Assembly (NCBI GenBank): GCA_030066775.1
Contig: JASJAY010000003.1
Span: 53-64,052 of the forward strand
Length of the DNA: 64,000 nt
Direction of reading: 5' to 3'
Origin: Planctomycetota bacterium
GTDB lineage: Bacteria; Planctomycetota; PLA2; JAEUHO01
The notes beneath the pieces were generated by a model. The model was given only the letters and a program-made list of their open reading frames with translations. It did no database searches and was not told the DNA's origin. The stretch's first letter is position 1. The number at the start of each line of letters is the position of its first letter. A program made the translations under genes and the position numbers. Positions 20,074 to 30,622 of this stretch are shown here, in pieces.

Positions 20074-23000
20074 GTGCGGGCAGTCGCAGTCGGTCTGGTC
20101 GGAGGGGCGATCCTCGTTCTGCTCCTCTGGTGGCTCGGCTTCGGCGAGCCGGACCCCGACGAGGGCTTCGAGGTCGAAACCGCGACGGAAGCGCCCGAGG
20201 ACACGGACGAGCCGGACGCCGCGACCCTCGAGGGCCGCGCCACCGGTACGGAGAACGTGACACGCACCGTCGAGCTGACGGGCACCGCCATCGTCCGCGC
20301 CCAGGTCGTCGACGCGGACGCCAAGCCGATGGCCGGGGTGCAGGTGGAGCTGCGTCTCCAGAAGCGCCACGACCGCTTCCACTGGCGGCCGTCGACCCAC
20401 GCCGCCGAGCAGTTCAAGCCGCCCGTCGACCTGGAGCTGATCGACTCGCGCCTCTCGCAGGAAGACGGTTGGGTGGAGTTCCGCGGGCTCGACGTGCGCG
20501 GCGGCTATCAGCTGCGCGCCCTGCCGGAGCCGCCCTTCTTCTCCGCCCAGGCGACCATCTATCCCGGCCACACGAGCGTGCCGCCCGTGCTGATGCTCGA
20601 CAAGGGTGTCCCCCTGCGCGTGCGCGTCGTGGACGCCGAGGGCAAGGGGCTCAAGGCGTGGGTCTCGGGCGGCATCCGCAAGGAGCCCGACCACCGCGGA
20701 TGGAACGAGCTCACGACCTGGCACCTGCCACGCACACCGACGACAGGCGACGGCCGCCTCGGCCTGCCTGCCGTGCCCGAGACCGTGCTCTCCTTCAACG
20801 TCTTCGTGCCGGGCCGCGGCTCGCGCAACGGCATCGAGCTCGCGCCGCCCTTCGACGAAGAGATCCTGCTGCCGTTCGAGCACGCGGGCGGCCCCGTGAT
20901 CCGCGGGCGCGTCAGCGACTCGTCGGGCCAGCCGGTGGCGAACGCGCGCCTGATCGCGAACCTCAACCCCAAGGGCGCCCACGACTGGCAGTCGCGGTAC
21001 ACGCGCGTGGCGCAGTCCGGTGGCGACGGCACGTACCGCATCACGGGCCTGCCGGCCGGCTATCTCACCGGCCTCTCGGTCCACGCCGAGGGATACATCT
21101 ACGTGCAGTCGGCTGCGCCGATGATGGACGTGACCGACGGCCAGGACGTCGCGATCGACGTGACGCTCTACCGGGGCGGGATCCTCGAAGGCACGGTGCG
21201 GGATCCGGAGGGCAAGCCCATTCCCTCCGCACGCGTCGTCGCCGCGCTGCCGAACCAGCACTACTGGAACAACCGCGGCACGACGGCTGTGGCGGACGAG
21301 TCCGGCCACTACCGCATCGAGGACGTCCCGCTGGGCAAGGGCCACGTCGGCGCCTACGCGGACGGCTTCTACATGCCCGTACCGGAGGGCGTGAAGGTCC
21401 AGAGCTGGCAGATGCCGCCGGGCGCGCTCTACGAGGTGAAGGAGGAAGGGCAGCGCCTCACGCGCGACGTGCAGCTCGAGCGCGGCGTGCGGGTCGAAGG
21501 CCAGGTCGTCGACGAGAGCGAGGCGCCCGTGGTGGGGGCGCGCGTGTGGGCCTCCGGCAACCTGCAGCAGCGCCTCTACGCCTTCGACCAGTACGCGACC
21601 CAGCGCGTCACCGACGCCGAGGGGCGCTTCGAGTACCTCGGCCTGGCGCCGGGTGATGTGTGGCGCTTCGGCGCCAACACCTCCGAGGGCCACGCGAAGC
21701 AGGTCAGCGTCACGCTGGCCGCCGGCAAGGAGCAGGAGCCGATCAAGCTCGTCTTCCAAACGAAGGGCGCCATCCGCGGCAAGGTCGACGCGGGCTCGCG
21801 TCGCCTGACCCGGCCCATCGCGGTCTCGATTCGCCGCAAGCAGGGCGGCGGCTCCTACTCGACCAGCACGCGCGCGGACGGCGGCTTCGAGCAGAAGAAC
21901 CTCGCCGCCGGCACGTACGACGTCTACGCCAGCGACGGCCTCGGGCGGCGCGTGGGGACCGCCGTCACCGTGGAGGTGGTCGACGGCAAGGTCACGGACG
22001 ACGTCAAGATCGCCGTCGAGCCCCTGGCGCACGTGATGGGCCGCGTGGTCGACCTCGACGGCGAGGCCGTCCCCGGCGTGCAGGTGAAGCTCTACTACAA
22101 GAACGCGCGCGGCGGCAACCAGACCAACAGCACGAACACGCGCGCGGACGGGCGCTTCGCCTGGCGCGACCTGATCGACGGCGACTACGAGGTCCGGATC
22201 GCCGAGGAGAAGACGCGCTACGGCGTGCGTCCCGGCGAGGAAGAGCAGAAGTACGTCTACGTCATGCCCCCGAAGGAGTTCGTCGAGGGCACGGTCGTGG
22301 ATCCGGAGGGGCGACCCGTGGCCGGCGGCTCCGTGAGCATCCGCCGCGTGCGCAAGCCCGGCAACTGGAACGGCTCGGGCGCGCAGATCGTCAACGGCCG
22401 CTTCCGGGGCGAAGCCCCGCGCGGGGACGGGCACATCGACGTCGCCGTCGACAACGCCCTCGACGCCTTCGGTCGCAAGCTCAACACGCTGCCCTACCTG
22501 TACGAGGCGTGGACGCCCGGCAGCGGTCCGCTCCAGATCAAGCTCGAGAAGGGCTACAAGATCGCGGGGCAGGTCCGCGGCCCCGACGGCAAGCCGATGC
22601 CGCACGTCGGCATCCACATCCAGCAAGAGCGCCGCGACGGACGCAAGTGGTACGGCTACTACTACCGCAACTACCACACGAACCTGCGTACCGGGGAAGA
22701 CGGGCGCTTCGAGCAGCTCGGGCTCAAGGAAGGGCGTTACGAGGTCTACGCCCAGCCCGGCGACAAGTACATGCAGCCGGAGCCCGTGAGCACGGAAGCG
22801 GGCGCCGAGAACGTGGTCGTTCGCATCGAGGCCGGCTTGACGATCCAGGGGCGCGTCGTCTGCCCGGAGGGCCAGCCGATCGTCGGCGCGAACATCAACT
22901 ACTCGTGGTCGATCAAGGACGAGCGCGGGCGCAACCGCAACCGCAATCGATCGGCCAAGACGGACGCCGACGGGGCGTTCACCGTGGGCGGGCTCCCCGC

Positions 23001-23868
23001 CGACGCCGTGGGCACGTTGCGCGCGACGCCGGCCTCCGGCGGCGAGAAGAGCTACATCGCCCAGTCCGTATCGCGTGTCTCCGCGGGCGAGAGCAACGTG
23101 ACGGTCACGCTCGAGGGGGGCGGCTACATCGAGGGTCGCGTGCTCGGGCCCGGCGGCGAGGGCGTTGGTCGCGTACGCGTACGCGCCGAGGTGCACAACG
23201 GGACGCGCTGGCAGCGCCGCCACTCGGCGCGCACGAGCAACGACGGCTCGTACAAGCTCGGCCCGGTGCCCCCCGGCGTCTACCGCCTGCGCGTCGAGGC
23301 CAAGGGCTCCTACTCCGCCTCCGAGCCCATCGAGGTGCGCGGCCCCGCCAGCGACATCGTGCTGGAGATGCCCCTCGGCCTGCCGATCAAGGGCCAACTG
23401 CTCGGCGACAACGTGAAGGGCTTCCACGCGACGTGGTATGCGCCGAAGCCCAACGGCGGCTGGACGAGCAAGGGGTCCGGCGTGAAGAACGACGGCTCCT
23501 TCTTCATCAACCAAGGCTCCGAGGAGGCGGGCATGCTCCTCGTGCGCAAGAACGGCGACAGCCGCTACGCGCTCCTCGAAGACGTGCGCCCGTCCGACGG
23601 CCCGTTCGAGATCGAGCTGATCCAAGGCGACAGCATCCGCGGGTTCGTCACCGGACTGCCCCAGAGCTGGCGGTGGGCCAACGTCTACGCGCGCAACGAT
23701 CGGGGCATCTCGATCTGGGGGCGCGTGAACCGCGACGGCACGTTCGTGATCCACGGCGTGCCGCCGGGCACGTACACGATCACCGGGCACATGCGTCCGG
23801 GTCGGATCGGAAGCAAGCAGTCCGTGGCGGCCGGCGCGACCGACGTCGAGCTCGCCTACAGCCGCTAG
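20074..23868 (+). CDS. Large secreted CarboxypepD_reg-repeat protein, paralogue of 14903..18724
   Basis: 1264 aa with the same repeat architecture and clear paralogy. Both carry the shared block [12 protein letters not shown](A/P)(D/E)G(Q/K)P(V/I) and both end in a GDxRYA(F/L)(V/L)EDVRP(A/S)(A/D)GP motif. Confidence 0.75.
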   Translation: MRAVAVGLVGGAILVLLLWWLGFGEPDPDEGFEVETATEAPEDTDEPDAATLEGRATGTENVTRTVELTGTAIVRAQVVDADAKPMAGVQVELRLQKRHDRFHWRPSTHAAEQFKPPVDLELIDSRLSQEDGWVEFRGLDVRGGYQLRALPEPPFFSAQATIYPGHTSVPPVLMLDKGVPLRVRVVDAEGKGLKAWVSGGIRKEPDHRGWNELTTWHLPRTPTTGDGRLGLPAVPETVLSFNVFVPGRGSRNGIELAPPFDEEILLPFEHAGGPVIRGRVSDSSGQPVANARLIANLNPKGAHDWQSRYTRVAQSGGDGTYRITGLPAGYLTGLSVHAEGYIYVQSAAPMMDVTDGQDVAIDVTLYRGGILEGTVRDPEGKPIPSARVVAALPNQHYWNNRGTTAVADESGHYRIEDVPLGKGHVGAYADGFYMPVPEGVKVQSWQMPPGALYEVKEEGQRLTRDVQLERGVRVEGQVVDESEAPVVGARVWASGNLQQRLYAFDQYATQRVTDAEGRFEYLGLAPGDVWRFGANTSEGHAKQVSVTLAAGKEQEPIKLVFQTKGAIRGKVDAGSRRLTRPIAVSIRRKQGGGSYSTSTRADGGFEQKNLAAGTYDVYASDGLGRRVGTAVTVEVVDGKVTDDVKIAVEPLAHVMGRVVDLDGEAVPGVQVKLYYKNARGGNQTNSTNTRADGRFAWRDLIDGDYEVRIAEEKTRYGVRPGEEEQKYVYVMPPKEFVEGTVVDPEGRPVAGGSVSIRRVRKPGNWNGSGAQIVNGRFRGEAPRGDGHIDVAVDNALDAFGRKLNTLPYLYEAWTPGSGPLQIKLEKGYKIAGQVRGPDGKPMPHVGIHIQQERRDGRKWYGYYYRNYHTNLRTGEDGRFEQLGLKEGRYEVYAQPGDKYMQPEPVSTEAGAENVVVRIEAGLTIQGRVVCPEGQPIVGANINYSWSIKDERGRNRNRNRSAKTDADGAFTVGGLPADAVGTLRATPASGGEKSYIAQSVSRVSAGESNVTVTLEGGGYIEGRVLGPGGEGVGRVRVRAEVHNGTRWQRRHSARTSNDGSYKLGPVPPGVYRLRVEAKGSYSASEPIEVRGPASDIVLEMPLGLPIKGQLLGDNVKGFHATWYAPKPNGGWTSKGSGVKNDGSFFINQGSEEAGMLLVRKNGDSRYALLEDVRPSDGPFEIELIQGDSIRGFVTGLPQSWRWANVYARNDRGISIWGRVNRDGTFVIHGVPPGTYTITGHMRPGRIGSKQSVAAGATDVELAYSR

Positions 23869-23882
23869 GAGCGCGCGCGCCC

Positions 23883-24371
23883 ATGTCCGCAGTCGACGAA
23901 CATCTCCAGGCCTTCGACCACGCGTGGGCCCACGACTTCGAGTCGATCCGGAGCGCGCTCGACGGCGTGACGGACGACGAGGCCTACTGGCAGGCCGACG
24001 CCTACGCGGACGAGGACGTCGAAGACGGCTGGCCCGCGCCGGGCACGATCGCCTGGCAGGTCGCGCACCTGGCGCACTGCAAGCGGCACTACGCCGAGTT
24101 CGTGCGTACGCGAGCCGCGGCCGAACCGCCGCCGGTGGAGCCACGGACCCCGCTGGCGACCTTCGCAGAGGAGCGGGCCGCGCTCGACGCCGCACACGCC
24201 GCGCAGCGCGCGGCCATCGCCGCCGTCGACGACGCGGACCTCACACGGGTTGCCTGCGGCCACGTTGCGCTCGGCGCCTTCCTCGCCATGGCCACCCGGC
24301 ACGACGCCTGGCACGCCGGTCAGATCGCCGTGGCCCGCCGGCTCTACCGGGTCGCGCACGCCGCGTCGTAG
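23883..24371 (+). CDS. DinB/YfiT-like four-helix-bundle protein (DinB_2 family)
   Basis: 162 aa from MSAVDEHLQAFDHAWAHD. The conserved His positions are WQVAHLAHCKRHY and DAWHAGQIA. It starts 15 nt after the upstream stop. Confidence 0.55.
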   Translation: MSAVDEHLQAFDHAWAHDFESIRSALDGVTDDEAYWQADAYADEDVEDGWPAPGTIAWQVAHLAHCKRHYAEFVRTRAAAEPPPVEPRTPLATFAEERAALDAAHAAQRAAIAAVDDADLTRVACGHVALGAFLAMATRHDAWHAGQIAVARRLYRVAHAAS

Positions 24372-24494
24372 ATCGCGACCCTTCGCAGCCGCCCGCGGGC
24401 CATTTCGTGCCTCCCGGGCGTGATCTTGGCCCCGCCGACGCCCCGGGCGCCCGGCGCGCGTCGTAGGGATGCAACCGTTGTCCCGGCGTTCACC

Positions 24495-25223
24495 ATGACC
24501 ACGCTCCTGCTCCTCGATCAAGCCGCCCGCCCCACGCCGTCCCCGACGTTCCAGGAGACGGATTGGCGGATCGAGCGCGTCGAGACCGTCGATGCGGCGC
24601 GGGAGCGCATGGCCGCGGGCGACGTCGACATGTTGCTCGTCGGCGTCGACAGCGGTCGCCATGACCAGGTCCTGATCGCGTCGCTGCGGAAGGCGTTTCC
24701 TACCCAGCTGATCGTGCTCATCGCCACGGAGAACGAGCGGCGGGGCATGTCGCTGACCTTCCAGCTGCCGCCCGACCGTGCGCGCGTTCCGCAGGTCGTC
24801 GGCTACCTCCGCGACTGTGCTGCCGAATTCGGCTTCAGCGGCGATGACGAAGCGTTCGAGCTGGCCGTGGCCATCGACGAAGCGCTCACGAATGCGCTGA
24901 TCCACGGAACGCTCGAGGTCGACGGCCGGCTGCGGGGCCTGGATCCGAGCGCGCACAACGCGCTCGTCGAGCGCCGCATCACAGAGGAACCGTATCGCTC
25001 GCGGCGCATTCATGTCGAGGCGAGCATCGAGCCCGACATGCTGCGCTTCGTCGTCCGCGATGAAGGGCCGGGGTTCGATGCCACGTCGATCGAAGACCCG
25101 ACCGACCCGGTGAACGCGCTCCGTCCTCACGGCCGTGGCGTCATGCTCATGCGCGCGTTCATGGACGAGGTCGAGTTCAACGAAACGGGGAACGAGATCA
25201 CGCTCGTCAAGCGCCGCGCCTGA
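24495..25223 (+). CDS. Pseudo-receiver fused to GHKL anti-sigma-regulatory-factor-type Ser kinase (RsbW/SpoIIAB-like)
   Basis: The C-terminus is an HATPase_c_2-like region (AVAIDEALTNALIHGT ... RFVVRDEGPGFD ... GRGVMLMRAFMDEVEF). The N-terminal ~100 aa is receiver-like. The start is ambiguous between 24420 and 24495. Confidence 0.5.
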   Translation: MTTLLLLDQAARPTPSPTFQETDWRIERVETVDAARERMAAGDVDMLLVGVDSGRHDQVLIASLRKAFPTQLIVLIATENERRGMSLTFQLPPDRARVPQVVGYLRDCAAEFGFSGDDEAFELAVAIDEALTNALIHGTLEVDGRLRGLDPSAHNALVERRITEEPYRSRRIHVEASIEPDMLRFVVRDEGPGFDATSIEDPTDPVNALRPHGRGVMLMRAFMDEVEFNETGNEITLVKRRA

Positions 25224-25291
25224 GCGCCTTGGCCGCCTCCGCAGCTCTTCGCGGTCCGTGAGGCTCCCTCCTGCCGGTACGATCCACCGCC

Positions 25292-28249
25292 ATGCGTCGG
25301 GGAGGTCTCATCCTGCTGTTGCTCCTGCTGGCCGCGGGAGCGATCTGGTGGCTGCTCGAGGGCGGTCCGTTGGGCGCCCCGGACGTCGATCCGTACGCCG
25401 CCGACGAGGGCGACGTGGATTCGGAGCCCGGTCTCGAAGGCCGCGAGGCACCGGGACCACAGGGCGATCCCGCGCGGCCGGACGATCCCGGATCCGACGC
25501 CGACGACACGCCAGAGGCGACCGGCATCGTGCTCATCGGTCGCGTCGTCGACGAGCGCCGCCGGCCGGTTGCCGAGGCACGCGTCGAAGCGCGGTTCCCC
25601 GACCGGCCGACACGCGATGCGACGACGGACGCGGAGGGGCGCTTCGAACTGGCGGTCGGTGAGCGTCCCGGCGTCTTCGTCGTCGGGACGCTGCATGCGC
25701 GGACCGACGACGGTCGCGTGGCGGCGGGACCCGTGTCGTTGCAGGCGTCGAGCCCGGCGCGCCGCGACGTGCGTCCACTCGTGGTGGGTCCCGCGTACAG
25801 CTTCGACGTGCGCATCGAGCGGGCCGGCGCGCCCGTGGCAGGCGCGGCGGTCGTCGTGGCGCGTCCGATCTGGGCCCAGATGACCGCGCTCCAGGCGGGC
25901 ACCACGAACGACGCCGGCGTGTTCCGGGCCGAGGGCATCTCGCGCGGACCGGTGCGCGTGTTCGCAAGCGCGGAGGGGCACGGCCGCAACCACCTGGGGC
26001 TGTACCTGCCGCGATCCGAGACCGACCCTGTCGTGGTCGAGCTGCTCGAGGAGCGTCAGCTCACGGTGCGTGTCGTCGACGCGCAGACGAAGCGCCCGGT
26101 GGAGGGCGCGACGGTCCATGTGGGCGATCGCTACGCGTCGCGCTCGAACCTCGTCCTCTCGCTCCTGCCGAAGCTCGTGGCCGAGCCCACGGATGCCGCC
26201 GGCATGACGACGATCGGCACGCTGAACGCGCGGGACGAGTACAGCGTCAACGCGGAGGCGGAGGGCTACGCGCCGCCGGATCCGCGGCTGTCGCCCCCCA
26301 AGACGGTCGCGCCCGACGCGGTCGAGGTGACCTGCGAGGTAAAGGGCTTCCGGACCGTGTCGTTTCCCATCGCGGAAGGCGACGCGCGGGTGCCCCAAGA
26401 CGGCACGTCGCTGGAGCTTCAGCTCGTCGCGTGGATGAAGGCGACCTTCGCCGACGACGCCGCAGCGCGCATCGAAGCCGGGCGCCTGGTCGTCAGCGGG
26501 CTGCCGCCCACCTTCGCCACCGGCCGCGTGCGCACGCCGGAAGGGCTCGTCGCGCGGTTCAACGCGCTGATGGGCAAGGACGAGGGATCGCCCGTCACGT
26601 TCCGACAAGGGCTCGAGGCGCGCGTCCGCATCGTCGAGCGAGGGCGGGGGCCGCTCACCGGCGCGCGCGTCACGTGGACGGGCGGCGTCGCGTTCGGCGA
26701 GCCGCGGACCGAGGTCACCGACGCGCGCGGCGAGGCGACACTCCGCGGCATGGAGCCGGGGCGCATCACGGTCGTGCTGCTCTCGGGAAGCGATGCGTAT
26801 CGGGGCGTGTCCGCCGGCGCGATCGACCTGAACCCGGGCAACGCCGACGAGCTGCACGTGCTCGAAGTCGAACCCCCGCATCCGCTCACCCTCGAGGTCA
26901 CGATCGACGGCGAGCCGGGCCTGCCGCCCGCCTACGAGCTGCGCCTGGGCAATCGGTGGGTGGGTCCGGCGGAGCTCGTGGAGGACGCCGCGGCCGGTGT
27001 GCTGCAGATCGACACGCGGACGTCGGGCAGCGCCGCACCGCAGCCGATCGAGCTGCGGGCGCGCGGATTCACGAGCGGGACGGGCATGTTCCGCGGGGGC
27101 GGTTCCGAGACCGTGCGCCTCGCGCTGACCACGGCGGCCGAGCTGACCGTCCGCGTCACGCCGCCGGAGGACGGCGACGTGTCGATTGCGATCGAGCGCT
27201 TCGACGCGGACGCCGACCGCTGGGTCAACGCACGGGCGCGGCGGTCCGAGTCCGAAGCGGCGGGCGCCTTGGGCGGCCGCCAGGAGGCGTCGGCGCAGGT
27301 CTTCCTGATCGCCGAGTCGGGACGCTTCCGCGCACGTGACGCGTACTCCGACACGTACTCCGACCCCGTCGACGTTTCGCTCGGCTACGAGGCCGAGACG
27401 TCGATCGACCTCTCGCAGGTCGTCTGGATCCGCGTGCAGGTCGAGGTGCCGGAGGGCACCGCCGTTCACCGCGCGCGCGTGTTCCGCACCGACGTGGAGC
27501 CAGATCATCGCTTCGGCGTCAAGTTCGGCGTCCCGGTGGACGGCCGCGGCCGTGCACGGATGCGGGCGCGTCGCGGCGAACGCGCAGCGCTCTCGGTACG
27601 CCATCCGGTCCTCGCGGCCGCGATCGAGGGGGGCCGCGTCGACGTGACGGCCGGTGCGCCGAAGCCTGCGGTGTTGAAGCTCGAGCAGGGCAACCTGCTC
27701 ACGTTCCGCATCCTCGGGCGCGACGGGAAGGCGCCGCCGCGCGGGCGCGCCACCAACGTGCTGCTCGCGCCGAGCGGCGACTTCGGCGCCGCGGACGTGA
27801 TCCGCGCGATCACCGTGGTCGAGGACGGGCAGCACACGCTCGGCGGCTTCCCGGCCGGCACATACCACCTCTGGATCGACGCGTTCCGCGACGCGCCGAT
27901 CGTCCTCGGCGCGCGCGCCTTGGGCGCCGGCACGACGGATCTCGGCGCGCTCACGCCGCCCGCCGGCGCTTCGCTGCGCGTCAAGCTCCTGGCCGACGCC
28001 GGGGCCACGACACCGAACCTCTGGGTGGTCGCGCGGCGCCAAGGGGCGCCGACGTTCAGCCGTGCAGGCAATCGCCCCAAGGGCAGCGCAGAGGACGTGC
28101 GCATCACCGGCCTCGCCGCCGGCACGTACGAGGTGTCCATTCGCTACCTCGGCGCAGCGGGCGCCAGCCCGCCGGCACCGCAGCGCGTGGAGGTCGGCGA
28201 GCAGGGCCAGGTCGACGTGACCTTCGACCTCGGCAAGCGCGGGGGCTGA
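25292..28249 (+). CDS. Large secreted CarboxypepD_reg-repeat protein, third paralogue
   Basis: 985 aa with the signal anchor MRRGGLILLLLLLAAGAIWWLL. It carries repeats such as GRVVDERRRPVAEARVE...TDAEGRFEL. It is more divergent than the first two. Confidence 0.7.
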   Translation: MRRGGLILLLLLLAAGAIWWLLEGGPLGAPDVDPYAADEGDVDSEPGLEGREAPGPQGDPARPDDPGSDADDTPEATGIVLIGRVVDERRRPVAEARVEARFPDRPTRDATTDAEGRFELAVGERPGVFVVGTLHARTDDGRVAAGPVSLQASSPARRDVRPLVVGPAYSFDVRIERAGAPVAGAAVVVARPIWAQMTALQAGTTNDAGVFRAEGISRGPVRVFASAEGHGRNHLGLYLPRSETDPVVVELLEERQLTVRVVDAQTKRPVEGATVHVGDRYASRSNLVLSLLPKLVAEPTDAAGMTTIGTLNARDEYSVNAEAEGYAPPDPRLSPPKTVAPDAVEVTCEVKGFRTVSFPIAEGDARVPQDGTSLELQLVAWMKATFADDAAARIEAGRLVVSGLPPTFATGRVRTPEGLVARFNALMGKDEGSPVTFRQGLEARVRIVERGRGPLTGARVTWTGGVAFGEPRTEVTDARGEATLRGMEPGRITVVLLSGSDAYRGVSAGAIDLNPGNADELHVLEVEPPHPLTLEVTIDGEPGLPPAYELRLGNRWVGPAELVEDAAAGVLQIDTRTSGSAAPQPIELRARGFTSGTGMFRGGGSETVRLALTTAAELTVRVTPPEDGDVSIAIERFDADADRWVNARARRSESEAAGALGGRQEASAQVFLIAESGRFRARDAYSDTYSDPVDVSLGYEAETSIDLSQVVWIRVQVEVPEGTAVHRARVFRTDVEPDHRFGVKFGVPVDGRGRARMRARRGERAALSVRHPVLAAAIEGGRVDVTAGAPKPAVLKLEQGNLLTFRILGRDGKAPPRGRATNVLLAPSGDFGAADVIRAITVVEDGQHTLGGFPAGTYHLWIDAFRDAPIVLGARALGAGTTDLGALTPPAGASLRVKLLADAGATTPNLWVVARRQGAPTFSRAGNRPKGSAEDVRITGLAAGTYEVSIRYLGAAGASPPAPQRVEVGEQGQVDVTFDLGKRGG

Positions 28250-29176
28250 TCAGTCCGACAAGAGTCGCACGTTGTCGAGGTGAAACTTGCGCGGTGCGTC
28301 CAAGCCGTTGACGAACCAGATCAGCGTGTACATGCGGCTCAGGTTCAGGCGGCGCTTGGCGGGCGCGGCCTGCACGTCGGCGAGCCGCACACGCACCGTG
28401 TGGCGGCCGGGCGCGTAGGACTCGATCAATCGGAAGCGATCGTTGTAGTCGTAGTGCTTGCGGTCGTGGTGCTGGTCCTCCGCCTCGAAGATGAGGCGCA
28501 GGGGCGCGTCGCCGAGCACGACCAGATCGAAGGCGAGCGCGTCGTAGTCGCTCCAGTCCTCGGGGAAGCTGCCGAGCGTCACGCCCGGATAGGTCCCTGC
28601 GGCCAGCCGCACCTCGAGCGATGCGTTGCCGTGCGTGGCGTGGTCCGGCGAACACGCGTACGTCGATTCGCGGGAGCCCACGCGCGTCAGCTCGAGCCGG
28701 TCCTCGAACGAGGCGAGCAGCGGGAAGCTGCGAGCCTGTCGCACCGCGTCGACCGTCGTGATCGCCGGGTTGAAGAGACCGACGGCGAGCAGCAGCCCGG
28801 TTGCGGTCCAGATCACGCGCCGCGGCCCGGCCCGTTCCGCCACCCGCGCGCGATGCGCCAGGAACCACGCCCCGGTGCCGACGGCGTTCGTCGCCGCATC
28901 CATCCAGGACGGCTCGCGGCCCACGAAGCCCTGCAGCCACTCCATTCCGATGCCGGCGACCGTGGCGCCGGCCAGCGCGAGCCCGTCGCGCAGCCACGAC
29001 GAGCGCATCCCCAGGAGCCCGAGGAACCGGGCGGCGAGGAAGCCGAGCGCGGCACCGATCGCGAGATGGCCGGCGTCGAAGCCCGCCTTCCACACGCGCC
29101 CGCGCAGGGGGATCGGCACGATCAGGAGGAGCAGGACCAGCAAGACGACGAGCGTGGTGGTCCGGGGCTTGTTCAT
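28250..29176 (-). CDS. VanZ-like family membrane protein with C-terminal extracytoplasmic domain
   Basis: The real start is MNKPRTTTLVVLLVLLLLIV at 29176. It has four TM segments, with EWLQGFVGREPSWMDAATNAVG typical of VanZ. The stop abuts the convergent upstream stop (tgatca). Confidence 0.6.
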   Translation of the reverse strand: MNKPRTTTLVVLLVLLLLIVPIPLRGRVWKAGFDAGHLAIGAALGFLAARFLGLLGMRSSWLRDGLALAGATVAGIGMEWLQGFVGREPSWMDAATNAVGTGAWFLAHRARVAERAGPRRVIWTATGLLLAVGLFNPAITTVDAVRQARSFPLLASFEDRLELTRVGSRESTYACSPDHATHGNASLEVRLAAGTYPGVTLGSFPEDWSDYDALAFDLVVLGDAPLRLIFEAEDQHHDRKHYDYNDRFRLIESYAPGRHTVRVRLADVQAAPAKRRLNLSRMYTLIWFVNGLDAPRKFHLDNVRLLSD

Positions 29177-29320
29177 CCGCGCGGAGCATAGCCGCGGTCG
29201 CCTGCATTCCGCGCGCGGGGCGGACGATCGGGACGGACGCTGGAAAGCGCGGGGGCGCGATCGGTAGGATGCGCCCGACGATCGGGCGTGGGGGGTGCGC
29301 GGCGTCGAGGGAGGCAGGGC

Positions 29321-30622
29321 ATGAGGCAGCGGTGGATCTCCGCAATTTGCGTGATGGCACTCGTAGCGGGCTCGATCTGGATCGCGCCGGAGGCCGAGGC
29401 CGGTGGCGTGGGGCTCTTGGAAACCGGCGGCAAGCGCATGGGCAGCGCGTACGCGGGCGGGGCCGCTTCCGCTGACGACGCCACCACCATCTGGTGGAAC
29501 CCCGCCGGCATGGCGCGGCTGCGACGCCACAGCGCCGCGGTGGCAGCGGTCTACATCGCGCCCACCTTCGAGTACACGGACCAGGGCTCGCTCGACGTGG
29601 CTTCGATGCCGATCATCGGCGTCAACGCCGATGGCGCCGAGGATGCCGTGGTCCCGAGCGCCTTCGTCGCCTGGCGGCTGAACCGCAAGTGGAACGTGGG
29701 CCTGAGCGTGAACGTGCCGTTCGGCCTCAGCACGTCGTACCCCGACAACTTCTACGGCCGCTACTACGCGACCGACTCGGAGCTGTTCACGCTGAACATC
29801 AACCCCGCGGTTGCGTACCGCATCAACAACCGGCTCTCCATCGGCGCAGGCTTCAACGCGATGTACGCCGACGCCACCCTGGAGAACCAGGTCGACTTCG
29901 GTGCTTCGGCGATGATGCCCCAGGCGCTGGACGGCAGCGCGAAGATCGAAGGCGACGGTTGGGGCTTCGGCTTCAACGTCGGCCTGCTCTACGAGGTCAA
30001 CTGCTGCACCCGCTTCGGCATCCACTACCGCTCGCGCGTCACGCAGGAGATCGAGGGCGACGGGTCGTTCGTCGTGCCGGGGCCGGTCCAGCCGGGTCTG
30101 CCCCCGGGCCTCTTCACGAACTCGGCCGCCGAGACCGAGATCGACTTCCCCGACTCCCTCTCGGTGAGCGCATACCACCGGGTCAACAACCGCTGGGCCG
30201 TGATGGGGGACGTGACCTGGACGAACTGGGAGACCTTCGACGAGCTGGTCGTGGACTTCGCGAACCCGGTCCAGCCGAACACCGTCCTCGAGTTCGACTG
30301 GAAGGACACGTTCCGTGTCGGCGTGGGCGTGGCCTTCACGCCGAACAGCTGCTGGGAGTTCCGCGCCGGCGTGCTCTTCGACGAAGGCCCGGCCTCGACC
30401 AGCAACAGGACGCCGCGCGTCCCGGACGCGGATCGGCTCTGGGTGACGGCCGGTGTCGGCTATCGCATCAACAACCGCCTCCGGGTCGACCTCAGCTACG
30501 CGCACATCTTCGGGAGCGAGGTCGACGTGCGGCAGACGAGCCCCACGGCGGGCACGCTGCGCGGCACCTACGAGGACTCCGACGCGAACCTCTTCGGCCT
30601 GCAGGTGACCGTCGACTTCTGA
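29321..30622 (+). CDS. fadL: FadL/OmpP1/TodX family outer-membrane hydrophobic-compound transporter
   Basis: The signal peptide is MRQRWISAICVMALVAGSIWIAPEAEA. An alternative start lies at 29288. The beta-barrel pattern and a C-terminal aromatic residue (VTVDF) fit the FadL family. Confidence 0.75.
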   Translation: MRQRWISAICVMALVAGSIWIAPEAEAGGVGLLETGGKRMGSAYAGGAASADDATTIWWNPAGMARLRRHSAAVAAVYIAPTFEYTDQGSLDVASMPIIGVNADGAEDAVVPSAFVAWRLNRKWNVGLSVNVPFGLSTSYPDNFYGRYYATDSELFTLNINPAVAYRINNRLSIGAGFNAMYADATLENQVDFGASAMMPQALDGSAKIEGDGWGFGFNVGLLYEVNCCTRFGIHYRSRVTQEIEGDGSFVVPGPVQPGLPPGLFTNSAAETEIDFPDSLSVSAYHRVNNRWAVMGDVTWTNWETFDELVVDFANPVQPNTVLEFDWKDTFRVGVGVAFTPNSCWEFRAGVLFDEGPASTSNRTPRVPDADRLWVTAGVGYRINNRLRVDLSYAHIFGSEVDVRQTSPTAGTLRGTYEDSDANLFGLQVTVDF

